This document shows positions 22,751-35,776 of a stretch of DNA of 47,239 bases, piece by piece. The notes under the pieces are model-generated. The model had not been told where the DNA came from. It searched no databases and was given only the letters and a program-made list of their open reading frames with translations. The DNA is from Spirogloea muscicola (taxonomy: Eukaryota), in NCBI GenBank assembly GCA_009602725.1, contig WELB01000008.1:21980-69218 (forward strand), in the 5' to 3' direction. Made by a program: the position numbers and the translations under genes. How positions within the stretch are numbered: position 1 is the first letter of the stretch; the number at the start of each line of letters is the position of its first letter.

Positions 22751-25700
22751 AAGAGGCGTTGTCAACCTGTCTTTGGCCAGTGGCACCTGGGAGTATCTCG
22801 TGAACAAGTTTGAGAACTGCGGAACTGACAGGGCTTATTACCTCAGCATGCGCTTGAGAAAGCAGAAAGGAGGAGGATGAGCCAATTCAAGCATTTGTAA
22901 GCAGAGTATAATCATTGGTCCTTCAGCTGCACGACATTGGAGAGGAGGTTCCACTCCGATTCCTAGTTCTTGCCATTCTCATGGAACTCCCGCCTGCATA
23001 TGATACTGTCAGAGATACATTGCAGATGGTCAGCGCCGACAAACTGACTGTAGAATATGTGCTGGCTCGCCTCCTCCATAAGGAGCGAGCATTGGATGAG
23101 CAACACCGACTTCTGACGGGGCCTCTGACAGGATATCCGCTAGGACCTCCGACAGGCTCTCTGAACACAGGTTCGTTGACAGGTTATCTGATAGGCTCTC
23201 CGACAGGTGCACAGGCAGCGCTGCTGGCTAGACGTCAACCTGAGCAAGACCTCCGACACCACTTAAATCAATACAGGCTTCATCAGCATGTTGCTTGCAG
23301 TCTTCGGAGCGGGACTGGTGGTAGTAGTCGTCTGAGTGAAGATCAGTTTGCAGGATGGAACAGGAACCCTCTGTACCCTAGAACTTTCTTCTATTGCCGT
23401 GAACCTGGCCATGTAATCAACGACTGTCCCAAGAAGAAGGCTCTGGAATCTGGTGGCAATAGTAGAAGAGGCATAGGCAGCTATGCTGAGGGAGAGGCAC
23501 ACTTGACCAGACAATCTGACAGGTCGAATTGTGATAGCTGGCTGATCGATAGTGGAGCGTATCACCATCTCACTTACAGGCGGGATTGGCTCCATGATTA
23601 CCAATATGTTCCGGATTTCAAGATTTATCTGGGTGATGATAGTGTGCAGCCTGCTGTTGGAAAAGGAGAAGTGCAGCTGCAAGTGCCTACCTTCCATGAC
23701 ACTGAGACACAACATTCGAGGAATGTATATCATGCTCCTGGTTTGGCGTCCAATCTCCTATCCGTATCCCAGCTGTTAGACCAGGGCTAATAAGTTATTG
23801 TTGACCGAGATATCTGTACAATCAAGAACTCTGTTGTTCCCATTCTGACAGGACGCAGGTCAGGAGATCTGCTTACATTGAACGGACAGGTGCAAGTACA
23901 GCTGTGGGAATACAGAATCAGGTGCAGAAGCAGATGCAGGTGCAGGAACAGATGCAGGTTCAGGGCAGGGTAGATGTTTCTGAGTCTGACAAAGACAAAT
24001 TTGAGCACTGGCATGCTCGACTGGGACATCCCAACGTTCAGCGAATGAAGAAGCTGAAGAGAATGGTGCACGGAGTAGATAATCTTCCACAAGATGCTGA
24101 ACCTGACTTCTGTTGGAGCTGTGTTCAAGGGAAACTCCACCTTCAACAACCACTTGCTGGTGAGCACTACAGAGCTTCTACACTTCTGGAGCTGGTGCAT
24201 TCTGATGTCTGTGGTCCTATGCAAATACCATCTTTAGGGGGTAGCAGATATATCTCGTCCTTCATTGATGATGCCAGCCGATGGAGCAAGGTGTATTTTC
24301 TAAGAAACAAGTTTGAAGTGCTGGAGAAGTTCATGCGTTTCAAAGCTGCAGTGGAGTTGTAGACAGGGAAGAAGCTCAAGGCTCTTAGATCTGATAATGG
24401 TGGAGAGTATACTTCTGAAGAGTTTGAAAGGTTCTGTCAACAACAGGGTATACACAGGCAATTGACAGCAACCTATTGTCCTCAACAGAATGGTGTGGCG
24501 GAAAGGTGGACTGTGTCTTCAATGGAGATTGCAAAGTGCTTACTGTTCCATTCTCATACACCATCAGAATTTTGGGCTGAAGCAGTCACAACGGCTGTTT
24601 ATCTGACGAATAGAATGCCTACTACTGCAGTAAAAGACATGACACCATAGGAGTCCTGGACTGGCAAGAAACAGTTGCCCAGCTTAGGATATTTGGCTGT
24701 TCCACACAGGAATTTTGGACTGGGAAGAGACCTACACTTGAACACCTTGGGGCATTTGGTTGTTCTGCGTGGGTGCATGTTCCTACTGAGATGAGACAAG
24801 TTGCAATCAAAGGCTCGTCAGTGTGTCATGGTAGGATATGGTGAAGGCGTGGAAGTGTTTTGATCTTGAGAACAGGAGGATGGTGTTCAGCAGAGATGTA
24901 GTGTCTGACGAACAGAGAAGTCCAGACTATTCTGCTTCTCATAACGGCCATCTGAGATAGTGGGAGACATGCAATTGGTGGCCTGTATCTCAAGTCTGAC
25001 ATTGTGGCTACTGTGGCAGCAGGGTCTGAATTTGAATCTGGAGTGGAAGCAAGGACAGGAGGTGAATATCTGGAGGAGACTACTGCTACATTGGGAGTAT
25101 CTAGGACAGAGATTCGTGCTTTTGCTGCTGTAGTGTTACGTGAGCATCTCACAATGCAAGAGGCCATGAGTAGCGATGCAGCACTCAAGTGGAAAGCAGC
25201 AGCAGAGGCAGAACTAGATTCATCAAGGGAAACAAAACTTGGGATTTGGTAGAATTACCTGTTGGCAGGAAAGCTATACCCAGCAAATGGGTGTTCAAAA
25301 TCAAACTGAAGGGCGATGGGACCGTAGATCGATATTAAGCACGCCTTGTGGCCAAAGGTTGTGCTCAGAAGGAAGTGATTGATTACAACGAGACATTTGC
25401 TCCAGTGGTAAAACTTTGTGCTGTCAGAAGTTTGCTGGCTGTGGCAGCTATTCATGATTTAGAAGTAGAGCAGATGGACGTCACCACAGCGTTCTTGAAT
25501 GGCGACCTCGAGGAAGAGATCTACATGCAACAGCCTGCAGGTTTTGAAGTCAAAGGCAAGGAGAGTAAAGTGTGCAAGCTGAAGACAGCGATGTATGGGC
25601 TTACACAGGCGCCCAGGGCCTGGTATGCACAGATTGATACCTTTCTAGTGAACCAAGGTTTCAAGAGATTTGAGGCTGATCACAGTGTGTATGTGAGGGA

Positions 25701-27255
25701 GAAACCTGCTAAAGTGGTTCTGGCACTGTATGTCAATGATCTGATATTACTGGGAGACTCAGCTACTGAAGTGAAAAGAGTAAAGCAAGAGCTGAGTAGT
25801 AAAATCAAGATGAAGGATCTTGGGCCCTTGGAGTAATTTTTGGGTATCTAGGTCAAGAGAGATAGAAGCAGGAAGATGTTGACCTTGAGTTTGTCAAAGT
25901 ACATCACTGAAGTCTTGGACAGATTCGGTATGCAAGACTGCAACCCTATCTCTACTCCACAGGATACAAAGCAGAGCTTGAGCAAGGATCAGGGACCCAA
26001 GAGAAATCAAGACAGAGAAAAGATGGCACAGGTGCCTTACAGTGAGGCAGTGGGATGTTTAATGTACATAGCCGTGGCAGCACGTCCAGAAATAGCAGCA
26101 GCAGTGGGAGTGGTTGCTCAGTTTGTGCAAGATCCTGGTTGTGAACATTGGCAAGCTGTCAAGAAGATCATGCGATATCTGCAGTGAAGCAAGAATCCGT
26201 GCTTGACGTTTTGACATACAGGAGATAAATCTGATCAACTGGTAGGATTTTGTAATGCCGACTGGGCAGGCAGTCTGGATGATAGAAGGTCAGTAACAGG
26301 ATATGCCTTCGAGATGGGAGCAGAAGCAGTCAGTTGGAGTAGTAGGAAACAGCAGACTGTGGCGACTTCAACTGTAGAAGCGGAGTACATGGCAACAACT
26401 GCAGCAGCAAAAGAAGCAACCTGGCTGAGGAGACTACTGCAATTACGTGGATTTCTTCCTTCATCGAGTGCAACCACTTTCTTCAGTGACAGTCAAGGTA
26501 GCATTGCTTTGATTAAGAATCCAGTCTATCATGCTCGTACTAAGCATATAGAGATACAACATCATTTCATCCGAGAGAAGGTAGACGAAGGAGTCATCAA
26601 GATGCAGTACTATAGTATAGCAACTATAACAGCAGATAATCTGACCAAGGGCTTGCCTAAGCCGAAGTGTGATAGATGTAGAAGTTTGCTAGGTCTGGCT
26701 GATTCACATTTGGTGGGAATGTTGAATATTGTAATATGGTGGATCGGCGGGTCGGGGTGAGTGACCATTCCGCCCGTCTCATTGGGCCCTGAGAGTCTCC
26801 CCTGGATAAGGGAGGCCTCGGGCACCCGTCGAGCTTACTCCCCACATCTGAGGCCACGCGGTGCGCAGGTGCGCCCTAGCCATGGCTGCCACCCACCTTG
26901 GGTGAGGGCGGAGTCTGTGCTGTCTGACTGACTGTCTGAGATCTGAAGCTGTCTGCCACTATGAGCGCATCTGCATCTAGCCGCTGCGACGAGGTCAATC
27001 TGCTGGGCCGCCGCCTCGACAAGGGCGATCTGCTGGACCTGTGGACAAAGGCAAACGTCCAATGGAGGAGCTCGACTGGAGGAATGCAGGCTCTGAGAAC
27101 GCTGTCTACAACACACAGGGACAGGTACAGGAGCAGGTACAAGAGCACGCAGCCCAGGAAAGTCTTCACCACTGGGTGGGAGTGTGTCAACTGACGGAGA
27201 GAAGTGGCACTCCTAATGGGGGCGAAGTGACGGAGAGCCTGTGTGGCCAAGTACA
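22750..27255 (+). mobile_element. Decayed Ty1/copia LTR retrotransposon; no 5' LTR seen
   Basis: Order gag (YCREPGHVINDC), protease (WLIDSGA), WHARLGH, integrase (VHSDVCGP, FIDD), RT (MDVTTAFLNG, LYVNDL), RNase H (STVEAEY, TKHIEIQHHF); many stops and frameshifts; purine tract followed by TGTTG at 26720. Confidence 0.93.
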
Positions 27256-27257
27256 AA

Positions 27258-27545
27258 AAGAAAGGGCTCGCCCATTGAGGATAGGGGCTGGACAAGTACA
27301 AATGCACGCACAACTGCGCAACTGGAGCGGTTTGCCAGTGAGAAAGCGCGGCCAGATTGACTGGTGGCTGGGAAAGGCCAGCCCAAAAGAATGGACAAGG
27401 CCAGTTGGCCACCGCCAGACAAGGCCAGCCCACAGCTGTTCATTCTTTCCTGGGCTGGCTTTGCTGGCCCCTCTTTTCCTATGCGCGAGCCATTTCCTCC
27501 ATCTTTTTTTTTTAATTTCATGCGCTCCGCGCGCCTTCTCTCTTA
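27258..27545. repeat. Cluster of B, C and E 3'-end fragments inside the copia 3' region
   Basis: B motif (-) 27260-27293; C motif (-) 27340-27400; E tail (+) 27515-27543. Confidence 0.7.
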
Positions 27546-27549
27546 TGTT

Positions 27550-29015
27550 CTTATCACCCCCCGCCCTGTCCTCACCCGCTGCATCGGCCAACGGGCTCGC
27601 TACTGCAACGGACAGTTGCCCCATTGGGCATGGTGGCGGAGCTCTACAAGGAATATGATGACTCCCTTCAGCAGTCCCTGGCAGCCCTACTACATTCTTC
27701 ATCTTTCCCCTCAGCTTCAGCTTCCCTCCAGGCCTCCCTCCCTACTCGCATGGGCGGCCTTGGCTGCCGGTCGTTGGAGCAGACGGCGCAAGCAGCCTTC
27801 CTGGGCTGCTGGCACCAGATCGCCTCCCTGCTCCCCATGCGCTTCCCTTGCCTCCACGACCCTGTACGCAATGTGGAGGAAGGCTCCTTCCCCTTCCAAG
27901 CGGATCTGAGGAGCATCCGCGACTCAGCCATCAGCTCTTTCCCCTCTCTCCAACCCCTACTCACGCCATTCTCCACCCTCGCCCAAGCTTCTGATAGAGG
28001 GGCACAATCCAGACTGGTTACGGCAGTGGAAGACGAACGCCGCAGAAGGTTGAGGAGGCTGCCAGAGATTCAGAACAATCCGAGGAGCTTGGCAAGACTC
28101 ACTTCTCTGGCCACACCTGGTGCCACTGACTGGATCACCTCTCCCCCCGTCGCCAACGCCTTCAGCATCAGCTCCGAGGCCTTTCGGACATCGCTTCAAC
28201 TCTTCCTCGGCCTCCCACCTAATTGCCTGATTGGGGTGCGCCAGTGCGAGTGCGGCTTCCGTGCAGAGGGTGCTGTGCTCGCCACTCACATGCTGAGATG
28301 CCCCACTGGACCAGAAGTGGTGGGCATTCACAACCTCCTTCGCGATGCCCTGGCGGGCTTGATGCGCGACGCCGGCTACCGTGCGGTCGTGGAAGTCAAC
28401 AATATCATGCCTATCACCACGGACGCCCAGGGACGTCATCATCGCCGCACACTTGACATTGTGGGCGTGCAACCTGGTGGAGGACCACGGGCCCTGGTCG
28501 ACGTTGTTGTTACGGAGGCATATAAAGGCCCAGCATCAACACACATTGCTGGGCACGCAGTGGGCGGAGCAGAGCAAAGAAAACTGCGGCATTACTCCGA
28601 TTACCCCCAATGCGATCAACTCCTGCCAGCTGCAATCGACATCTTTGGCTGTCTGGGTCCTCGCTTCCACACTCTGCTTCAAAACATTGCCAATCTAGGC
28701 TACACTCGACGCGCAGATGTGTTTCCGGCTGAGATGGGCTTGCCAGCTGCATATCTGTCGCTCTTGCGACGTCGAGTTTCGGCCTGTTTGCAGCGTGCTC
28801 AGGCTAGTGCCTTGCACCAGAAAGCTGGGCGAGCTCTAGTAGGTGGCAGAAGGGCTCCGTTCCTGGCATCTAGTATTCATGCATCGAGTAGTGACCTTTA
28901 TGTTTGACCCGTGGTTATTGAGCGGGTCAATCTGCTGTAGGTTATGTAGATTTTTAGATGTGCTTGCCTTTGTACCTGGCCATTTGGCCTACATTTCTTT
29001 CTAATACACGATCTT
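27550..29015 (+). mobile_element. 5'-truncated CRE-like retrotransposon, family A, with a 427-aa ORF (27624-28907)
   Basis: LPTRMGGLG thumb, QCECG...HMLRC knuckle, HNLLRD/RTLDIV/LVDVV/KLRHY endonuclease; a 2-nt deletion relative to the copy at 1-140 removes the LTRGY end. Confidence 0.9.
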
Positions 29016-29058
29016 TTTCCGCCCCCCCCCCTTCGCACTTGCTTCATTCCCTAATACT

Positions 29059-29540
29059 GGGCTGGCCAATCACAGCCATCGCCCTCCGCTGGACGAGACT
29101 TCCTTCTATATCGAGAATAGCGCTTCCAAATTGATAGAAATGGCAGTCTTCCTTCTCGTATAGCTACCCGAAACCTAGTTTCTCTGACCTGCGGCTGCTC
29201 AACGAAGGATATTGAGCACCCAGAGGCCTTGAGTCGGCTGTGTGCTTTACTGCTCCTCGGCCCTTCGGAGTATGTTCATTCTTTCTTCTGGCCACCCAAC
29301 CACAGCCATCGCCCTCAAGCAAGAGACTCTTCCAGTAGAGGGCGATGGCTGTGAGTGGCCAGCCCAGAAGTAGACTGAACAAAGTTTGTCGAGGCCAGAC
29401 AGAGTGGAAAAGCACACAGCAATTCAAGGGGCCACCAGGATCACTTGGAAGTGTCTTCTGTTCTCTCCCTTTCAACCTTGTCATGCTTTCTGGAGCTGGC
29501 TTTTCACAGCCATCGCCCACTTCGAAAGAAGAAAGAAGAG
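29059..29540. repeat. Family F repeat cluster with a perfect 16-bp inverted repeat
   Basis: CACAGCCATCGCCCTC (about 29301) and GAGGGCGATGGCTGTG (about 29338); further copies at 29059 and 29494. Confidence 0.75.
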
Positions 29541-29990
29541 CTCACTTCTCTTGGACAGAGGTTCCCTTTTTGTTCGGCTCGCTGTTAATAATTCTTGCCC
29601 CCTTACAGAAGTGCCTGCTCTTTTGTCACAGCCCTCGCCGCATTTGGCTGCTTCTTCTGAAACAGAGGAAGGCGCTCGGTGCGAACGACACGGGAGGAAG
29701 GCCAATTGAAGCCTTCATCAGTTCCAGCAAAAGCTCGTGCGTTAATATGGAGTTACATAGAGTGAAGGAAGGAGGCTCTTCCACAGCATGCCGTGGCTTC
29801 AGAAGACCAGCCTGAAAATTTGTTCGATGTCTCTAGAGCGCCCCAACGAGAAAGCTAAGTCGTCATCATCACTCCTCCCAGGACTTCCGCAAGCAACGCA
29901 CCAGGTGGGGCCTCCCGAGCTTAGACATGGGACGAAACACAACAAGGAAGAAATACATCGTACTCATTAGTAGCAGTGAAGCTAGGATAG

Positions 29991-32097
29991 TCAACAGGTC
30001 ATTGTGGTACACTCAAGGATGAATCTACTGCACCCTGGAATGGGCACCAGTGCTTGCCAATGTTGATTGTTTTCATTCCACTTTTGCAAGTACGCAGGGC
30101 ACTCATCAGCACTGTCGTCGCCTGGACGTATGAAATACCCACCAACTAAGTGTACATCACCTCGAATGAGGACTAGTTTGGCCCCGGCAAAATAGCCGAG
30201 ACCTTCTTGACACCCACCTCGACAAGACTCGTGCACAAAGCCTCGTTCACTGATCTGAGTATAGGTGTGGAGAACACAGTGCCTGTCTACAATGTAGAGA
30301 ATGTCATTTGCACTTGCTGTCACACCATCCTCAACGAGAAAAGCCGGCCCTTGCTGCCACTCTTTCACCTCAGGATTGTAAATCTGAGCCCCGAAGCTTT
30401 GTCCACCAACATTGGCCGCTGAATGCAACGTCCACAGTCTCCCGTTTAGGCAGAAGGCTTCACGAACAATATGTGTTACGGTATCCAAAATAAGTGGAAG
30501 TGACTGCCACGCACTCTCCTCCTTGGCACAGTCCAAGGTTTCCACATGGCGCGCAGGACGTAGGTCATGGGTAATCCAACCACCACCCACAAGAACGTCA
30601 TTCTTCAAGACCACATTAAAAAACTCTGCTCTTCCCACTTGCATTGGCGCACCTGACACCCAATGGTTGGTAGTCACATCATAGACCCAGACCTGCTCTC
30701 GAACCATCCAGCTCAAGTTATTGGCAGTTACCCACAACAAGATTCAGCCAAGCAGAGACAAACAAGAAGCAGATATCACGCTTACAGCCAGTGCAAATGA
30801 TGTCGAAGAAGCACAACCTCATTGCTAGTGATGGTGATGCTATATGCTGGTGATTGTCATACCTCATCTGTAGGTTGATATCTTTCAAATTCCCCTTGCG
30901 AATCTACAATATCTGATCGACCACCCATCACATACAATCTTCTCTTCACAACTGCTGCCCGGAAAAGGACTAACTTGTCTGTAGTCGTTGGAAGGGGCGG
31001 CAAACGAGACCATCTCCTAAGAGCTACACATGGATTCACCACAAACAACAATCTAGTCAATCATCATAAGCAGCCAATCACGAACATGGGGTTTGATAAT
31101 ATGTGTTGCTAAACTCTTCTTCAGAAGGAATCAAGCAGGAACTGGCACCTAATCCATACCTTCGCTGAAAGATATCTTTTTCTACAAAGGTGGAGCTACA
31201 CAAGGCTTGTACTCACCAAAATCATAAGCTAGCCACTGACTGGGTCGCCCGTAACCAACCACATAGAGCCACTCCTCCTTCTTCGCATGTCTCTCTCGGG
31301 CACTGTCGCGTTAGCATCACATTCTCAAGGTTCCATTGCACACCAAGGCTTCCATGAACCATTTGAGGACCTAACACATACTAGCACACCTTCTGCAATG
31401 AACAGGAGCATGCCGTGAGCTCAGAGTCATACACGTATATCTCGTCACTCTGAAGGAGCTTCCGCCACGATTGGCAAACACTTCGAGATTCTCTGTCTCA
31501 GAGATGCACAGAGTGGCAAAATATGTAAGCTGACACATTGTCTCGCTACTGTGAAACAAAAGCCTTTCCAAAGGCCGACCGCTGTGAATGGCCAGTCAAA
31601 GCGAGAGATCTTCTATTGGCTTCTTGCCTATGCTATGATTAACCGCCACAATGAGCTCTAAGAGCGTTGAAGTAAGGAGCCCGAATGCGGAACTCCATCG
31701 AGTCCCCAAAAAAGAGTTTCCAAGACACTGAAAGAGCAAGTTATGTTTACATATGTCAGTGGAAGCTTATATATAGATAGATACATGTATATAAGCTTCC
31801 AATTATGTCCTCCACCTCAGTCGCCAGTCTATAATGGGCAGTACATATCTCGGGCAACACCCAGCCCAATGTGGAGCTTGCAGCAGCGGCATTGGTCAAG
31901 CTGGACTGCCGATGGGGCTGGAGGAGTGGAGGTACGACGGGACATCCTGAAGTGGGCAGTCGAGGGTGTCAGGAGCGTAGGCGCTCACAGGTAGTGGCCT
32001 CCAGGGACGAGCGCCAGGCAGTGCACGGCGAGGTCGCGAGGGAGGCCCGGGATGAGCGCCGCGGCCTCTTGCTTCCCGTCGCCGCAGTTCTGCTGCT

Positions 32098-32133
<36 letters not shown>

Positions 32134-32152
32134 TAAGCTGCGGCTGCGCCAT
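29991..32152 (-). CDS. F-box/kelch-repeat protein; middle exons not fully resolved
   Basis: F-box start LIPGLPRDLAVHCLALVP; kelch blades RWSRLPPLP...LYVMGG, VWVYDVTTNHW...APM...LVGGG, IYNPEVKEW; stop at 29991. Confidence 0.85.
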
Positions 32153-32267
32153 GCGTGGCGCCGGACTCGGCCGCCGGGAGCTACAACAGGAGCTGCTTGC
32201 CAAATTCGCCACTGCCAGACAAGGCTAGCCCACAATCTGCTATCAGCGCTTTGTTCAGGATGTCTCT

Positions 32268-32408
32268 TGGCTGGCCAATCACTGCCATCGCCCTCTACTA
32301 GAAGAGTTTCTTTCTATCAGCGCGACTCTGGCCACTACGAACTTTCTGTTCATTCTGTTTCTGGGAAGGCCAACCACAGCCATCGGCCTCTACTGGAAGA
32401 GTCTTCTT
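32268..32408 (+). repeat. Two family F repeats upstream of the F-box/kelch gene
   Basis: GGCTGGCCAATCACTGCCATCGCCCTCTACTAGAAGAG and GGCCAACCACAGCCATCGGCCTCTACTGGAAGAG. Confidence 0.75.
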
Positions 32409-32981
32409 TTGAATCAGTGAGATGTGCATGGTGTATGGAAAATTCGGCAGGACCCACGCTTTCACAACCTGCTAGAGCTGCAACTATCATGAATCCGACA
32501 ATTTTCACAAGCGCAAAGGCCAGACAGTGGGAGTGAGAGCATGCACCAAGCAGTAGAGGCAGGGGCGAAACGGAACCAAACATACCATCAACCTGTGCTT
32601 GTAACAAACTCCCCCTACTGAGCATGTGTGTGCAGCTGCAACCGCCGCAAGAAAGTATACATTGCTGAACCTAGATCCAGCCCCAGTTCAAGGCGAGCAT
32701 GTCTTGTAGAGAGAATGATGACTAACATAGAAAGTGGAGGGATATCCTAATCTGGACAAGGTAAAGGAGGAGCTAAAGGGCATGCCTCTCCAAGAAAGCA
32801 GGTCGTCTCTGGTCTAACAGCCAGCAGACGGCCGCCCTAAAAAAGGGAATAGTGTCCGTAAGTATGTATCAATTGAGGGATACTGGCCATCTAGTCGTGA
32901 ATGCTGACAAATACTAATAGAGGTCGAGGTGTGTGTCGATAGCATGCCTCGGCACTTATATCAGTGGTGAACTGCTGTAAT

Positions 32982-35121
32982 CTACATCTGAGCAACAAAT
33001 TCTCCACTGTCTAAGTCATCTATGTCATTGTCCAGCTCGTCAACGTCAACCTCGCTCCGGAAGCGACCCAGTTGAGTCCCAGCAGCTGGTGCCCGCGCCT
33101 CTTGTAATATCCTCATGATCTCGTCAATATCTTGGGAGGGGTATGCGGAATCATCATAATTGTAGCTGGGATCTGTCTCAGCAAGAAGATCAGCCGGAAG
33201 GTTCTTCAAGAACCACTCATGTGCACGAATTTCAGGCATGCTTATTCTCTGCACAGCGAGAGGCAAAGGAGCAGGTCAGCATAACTTGAGCCACCTGACA
33301 TTTATTGCAAAAACTACATAAGCAGGATGGCACGTGCACAGCTCTCCGGTGAAGTAGTGACAATAGGTCCTCGAAGCATTGACAGTAACATGGCTGATTT
33401 GACACTGAATCCTATTGTGGGTCTACCTTCGTAGGATTGGCTGTGAAGATGCGTGAGAGGAGATGCTTGCATTCCGCAGACAGCCGTACGTAAGGGGGAA
33501 TAACATACTGTACACTCATAATGCGCTGCAGAAGGAACAGAGGTTAAATCTTCAACATATTTATTTGAACAGCAGATTGACTAGGCGCGAGCAATACTTA
33601 CTTCAGCTGGAATTTTACATAAGACATCATTATACATGAAGTGGACATTCATGAACAAGCACGCATAGATTACTGCTAAGAAGAAGTCTCAGCCTCCACC
33701 TGGATGGTCTTTCGGAAGTTGCGAGGATCATCTGGGTCCTCAAAGGGGTATGCACCCACAAGCATCACATACAAAGTCACACCGCAAGACCACACATCTG
33801 CAAGCTGGAGAGCAGTACAGGCAACTACGGAGTCAAGCGCTCAACTATCGGCCCTTACCAGCAGCCCTCTAACACAGGGCACAATAAGTGCGTGCCTGAG
33901 ATCCTGCTATATTATGACCATGCACCTCTGTTGACTTCATTCTGGACATGCAGAAGCTCATGACAATTGGCCTACCTTCCCATTGTACTCTTTCTTGGAA
34001 AGGACCTCAGGTGCAATATAAGCAGGTGTGCCCACCGTCGACTTAGGTTGCGAGTGGAGCAGGGATGACTGTGTTGGACAAGAAGAACCGCAATCCTGTG
34101 TCAGCTCGTTCAAGATGAATGACTGATGACTGACCCTGGAGTTTGACATCTGAGTAACAAGCAAGCTAGCACAGGCACAGTCGAGCACCTGAGCTGCCAG
34201 CTAGAGCTCATTGACTTGCCACTGCACCTTAGAGTAGCCAAAGTCACAAATTTTGAGCCGAGGAGCAGGACTCCCATCAAGCAGTGTATTCTCCAACTTC
34301 AAATCTCGGTGGCAAATCTCCTGAAGCGCCCACGACCAAACAGTTACAGATTGTGGACGACACAGCTAATCAATTCGATATTTGTGTTTCTCATGCACCG
34401 ACGAAGCTGCCTTGCTTGCAGATGCTTAGAAAGGCACAGGCATACCATTGCATGGCAGAAACTAACACCAGAGATGAGTTGCTGAAAGAAGAAGCGCGCC
34501 TGCAAGGAACAGGGGAATACATTGCTCATTATCCTGTTAAAACTGGGTGTGACAATATATGAGCCCCTCTACAGGCACTGGCAGTGGTGATCGACGTTGA
34601 GATGACTTTGCAGGCTTGCCTCGTCCTCGCTGAAGCGACCGGCATTCACAATCCTGTCGAAAAGCTCGCCTCCCGCAGCATACTCCATGACGATGGCGAG
34701 ATGGGTCGGCGTCAGCATGACCTGCCCATCAAGACCGAGCCTTAGTGCACGTCGACCGACGTCATATGCAACAAACCCATGCAAAGGAGTTACCGCAGCA
34801 CTGGCATGTTACCTCCTTGAAGCGAACGATATTCGGGTGTCGCAGCGACCGATGGTTCACAATCTCCCTCTGCACATTCTCGTCAATCTGCGAAAGCAGC
34901 ACCAGGTGGCTCTCCCAGTCAGTACGCCAAGCCCTAGGCTTCATACATAAACTCCAATATACATCCCATGAGCCAAGCTAAACCAGGGAGTGCACACGGA
35001 CCTTCTCCCCGCGCTCGATGTACTTGACGGCCACCAGCTCCTTAGTCTTCTTGTCGCGCATGAGCCGGGCAACGCCAAAGTTACCGGAGCCAATGTCCTT
35101 GACGAGCTCGTAGCGCTCCAT
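32982..35121 (-). CDS. SnRK2: SNF1-related protein kinase 2, subclass III (OST1-like); 9 exons
   Basis: [64 protein letters not shown], SnRK2 box [13 protein letters not shown], acidic tail ending [12 protein letters not shown]. Confidence 0.96.
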
Positions 35122-35776
35122 GGCGGCGGCAGCGGCCGCGCCAAGCCCTACGCTCAGGGCTCGAGGGGCGGCGGCGGCGGCGGCGGCGGCGTTGTCGGAA
35201 GCCTACGGCGGCCCTCCGCCGCGCCCGGCTGCTGCGGCGGCGAAGGGCGCTCCAGCGGGAGGCGGCGCAGTGATGTCCAGCACCATGACCCCAGAGATCT
35301 CTCGCCGCGAGAGCCGCCCTCACGGCGCCGCCGCTGCCGTCGCCGCCAACGCCGCCGCCGCCGCCGCCGCTCTGGCACGGCGCTCGACGCGGCGGAAGCG
35401 GCGGCGGCTGCGGCGGGGGCCAACTGCAGGTCTCGCTCTCAGGCTGCCGCGTGTACAACACCGCGGCTCGGGGAAGGGGGTCAAAAGCCGCCCTGCCGCG
35501 TGGCACCGCCGGGGCGGGGTGGGGCGGGCGGGCGAGGGGCCCAGTAAGTGACTATGTTGGGCGCGGGGAGGGGGAGAGAGAGCGGCTCGAGGCGAGCGGC
35601 GCGGTAAGTGGACGGTCTGCACGGGGGTGGAGGGAGGTGAGGGCGGAGGGAGGAAAAGAAGGGCGCCCATCGAGGATAGGGGCTGGAAAAGCGAGCCCAA
35701 AAAAGAAGAGAAAGGACGCCAAGGGGGCCAGGGGAAGCGCTAAGAAAAGAAGAAAGTGCTCGCCCATTGAGAATAG

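Noticed and set aside
15014..35121. Functional hormone or stress gene cluster (CXE, PRK, F-box, SnRK2)
   Set aside because: Unrelated pathways; shared strand and proximity alone are not evidence.
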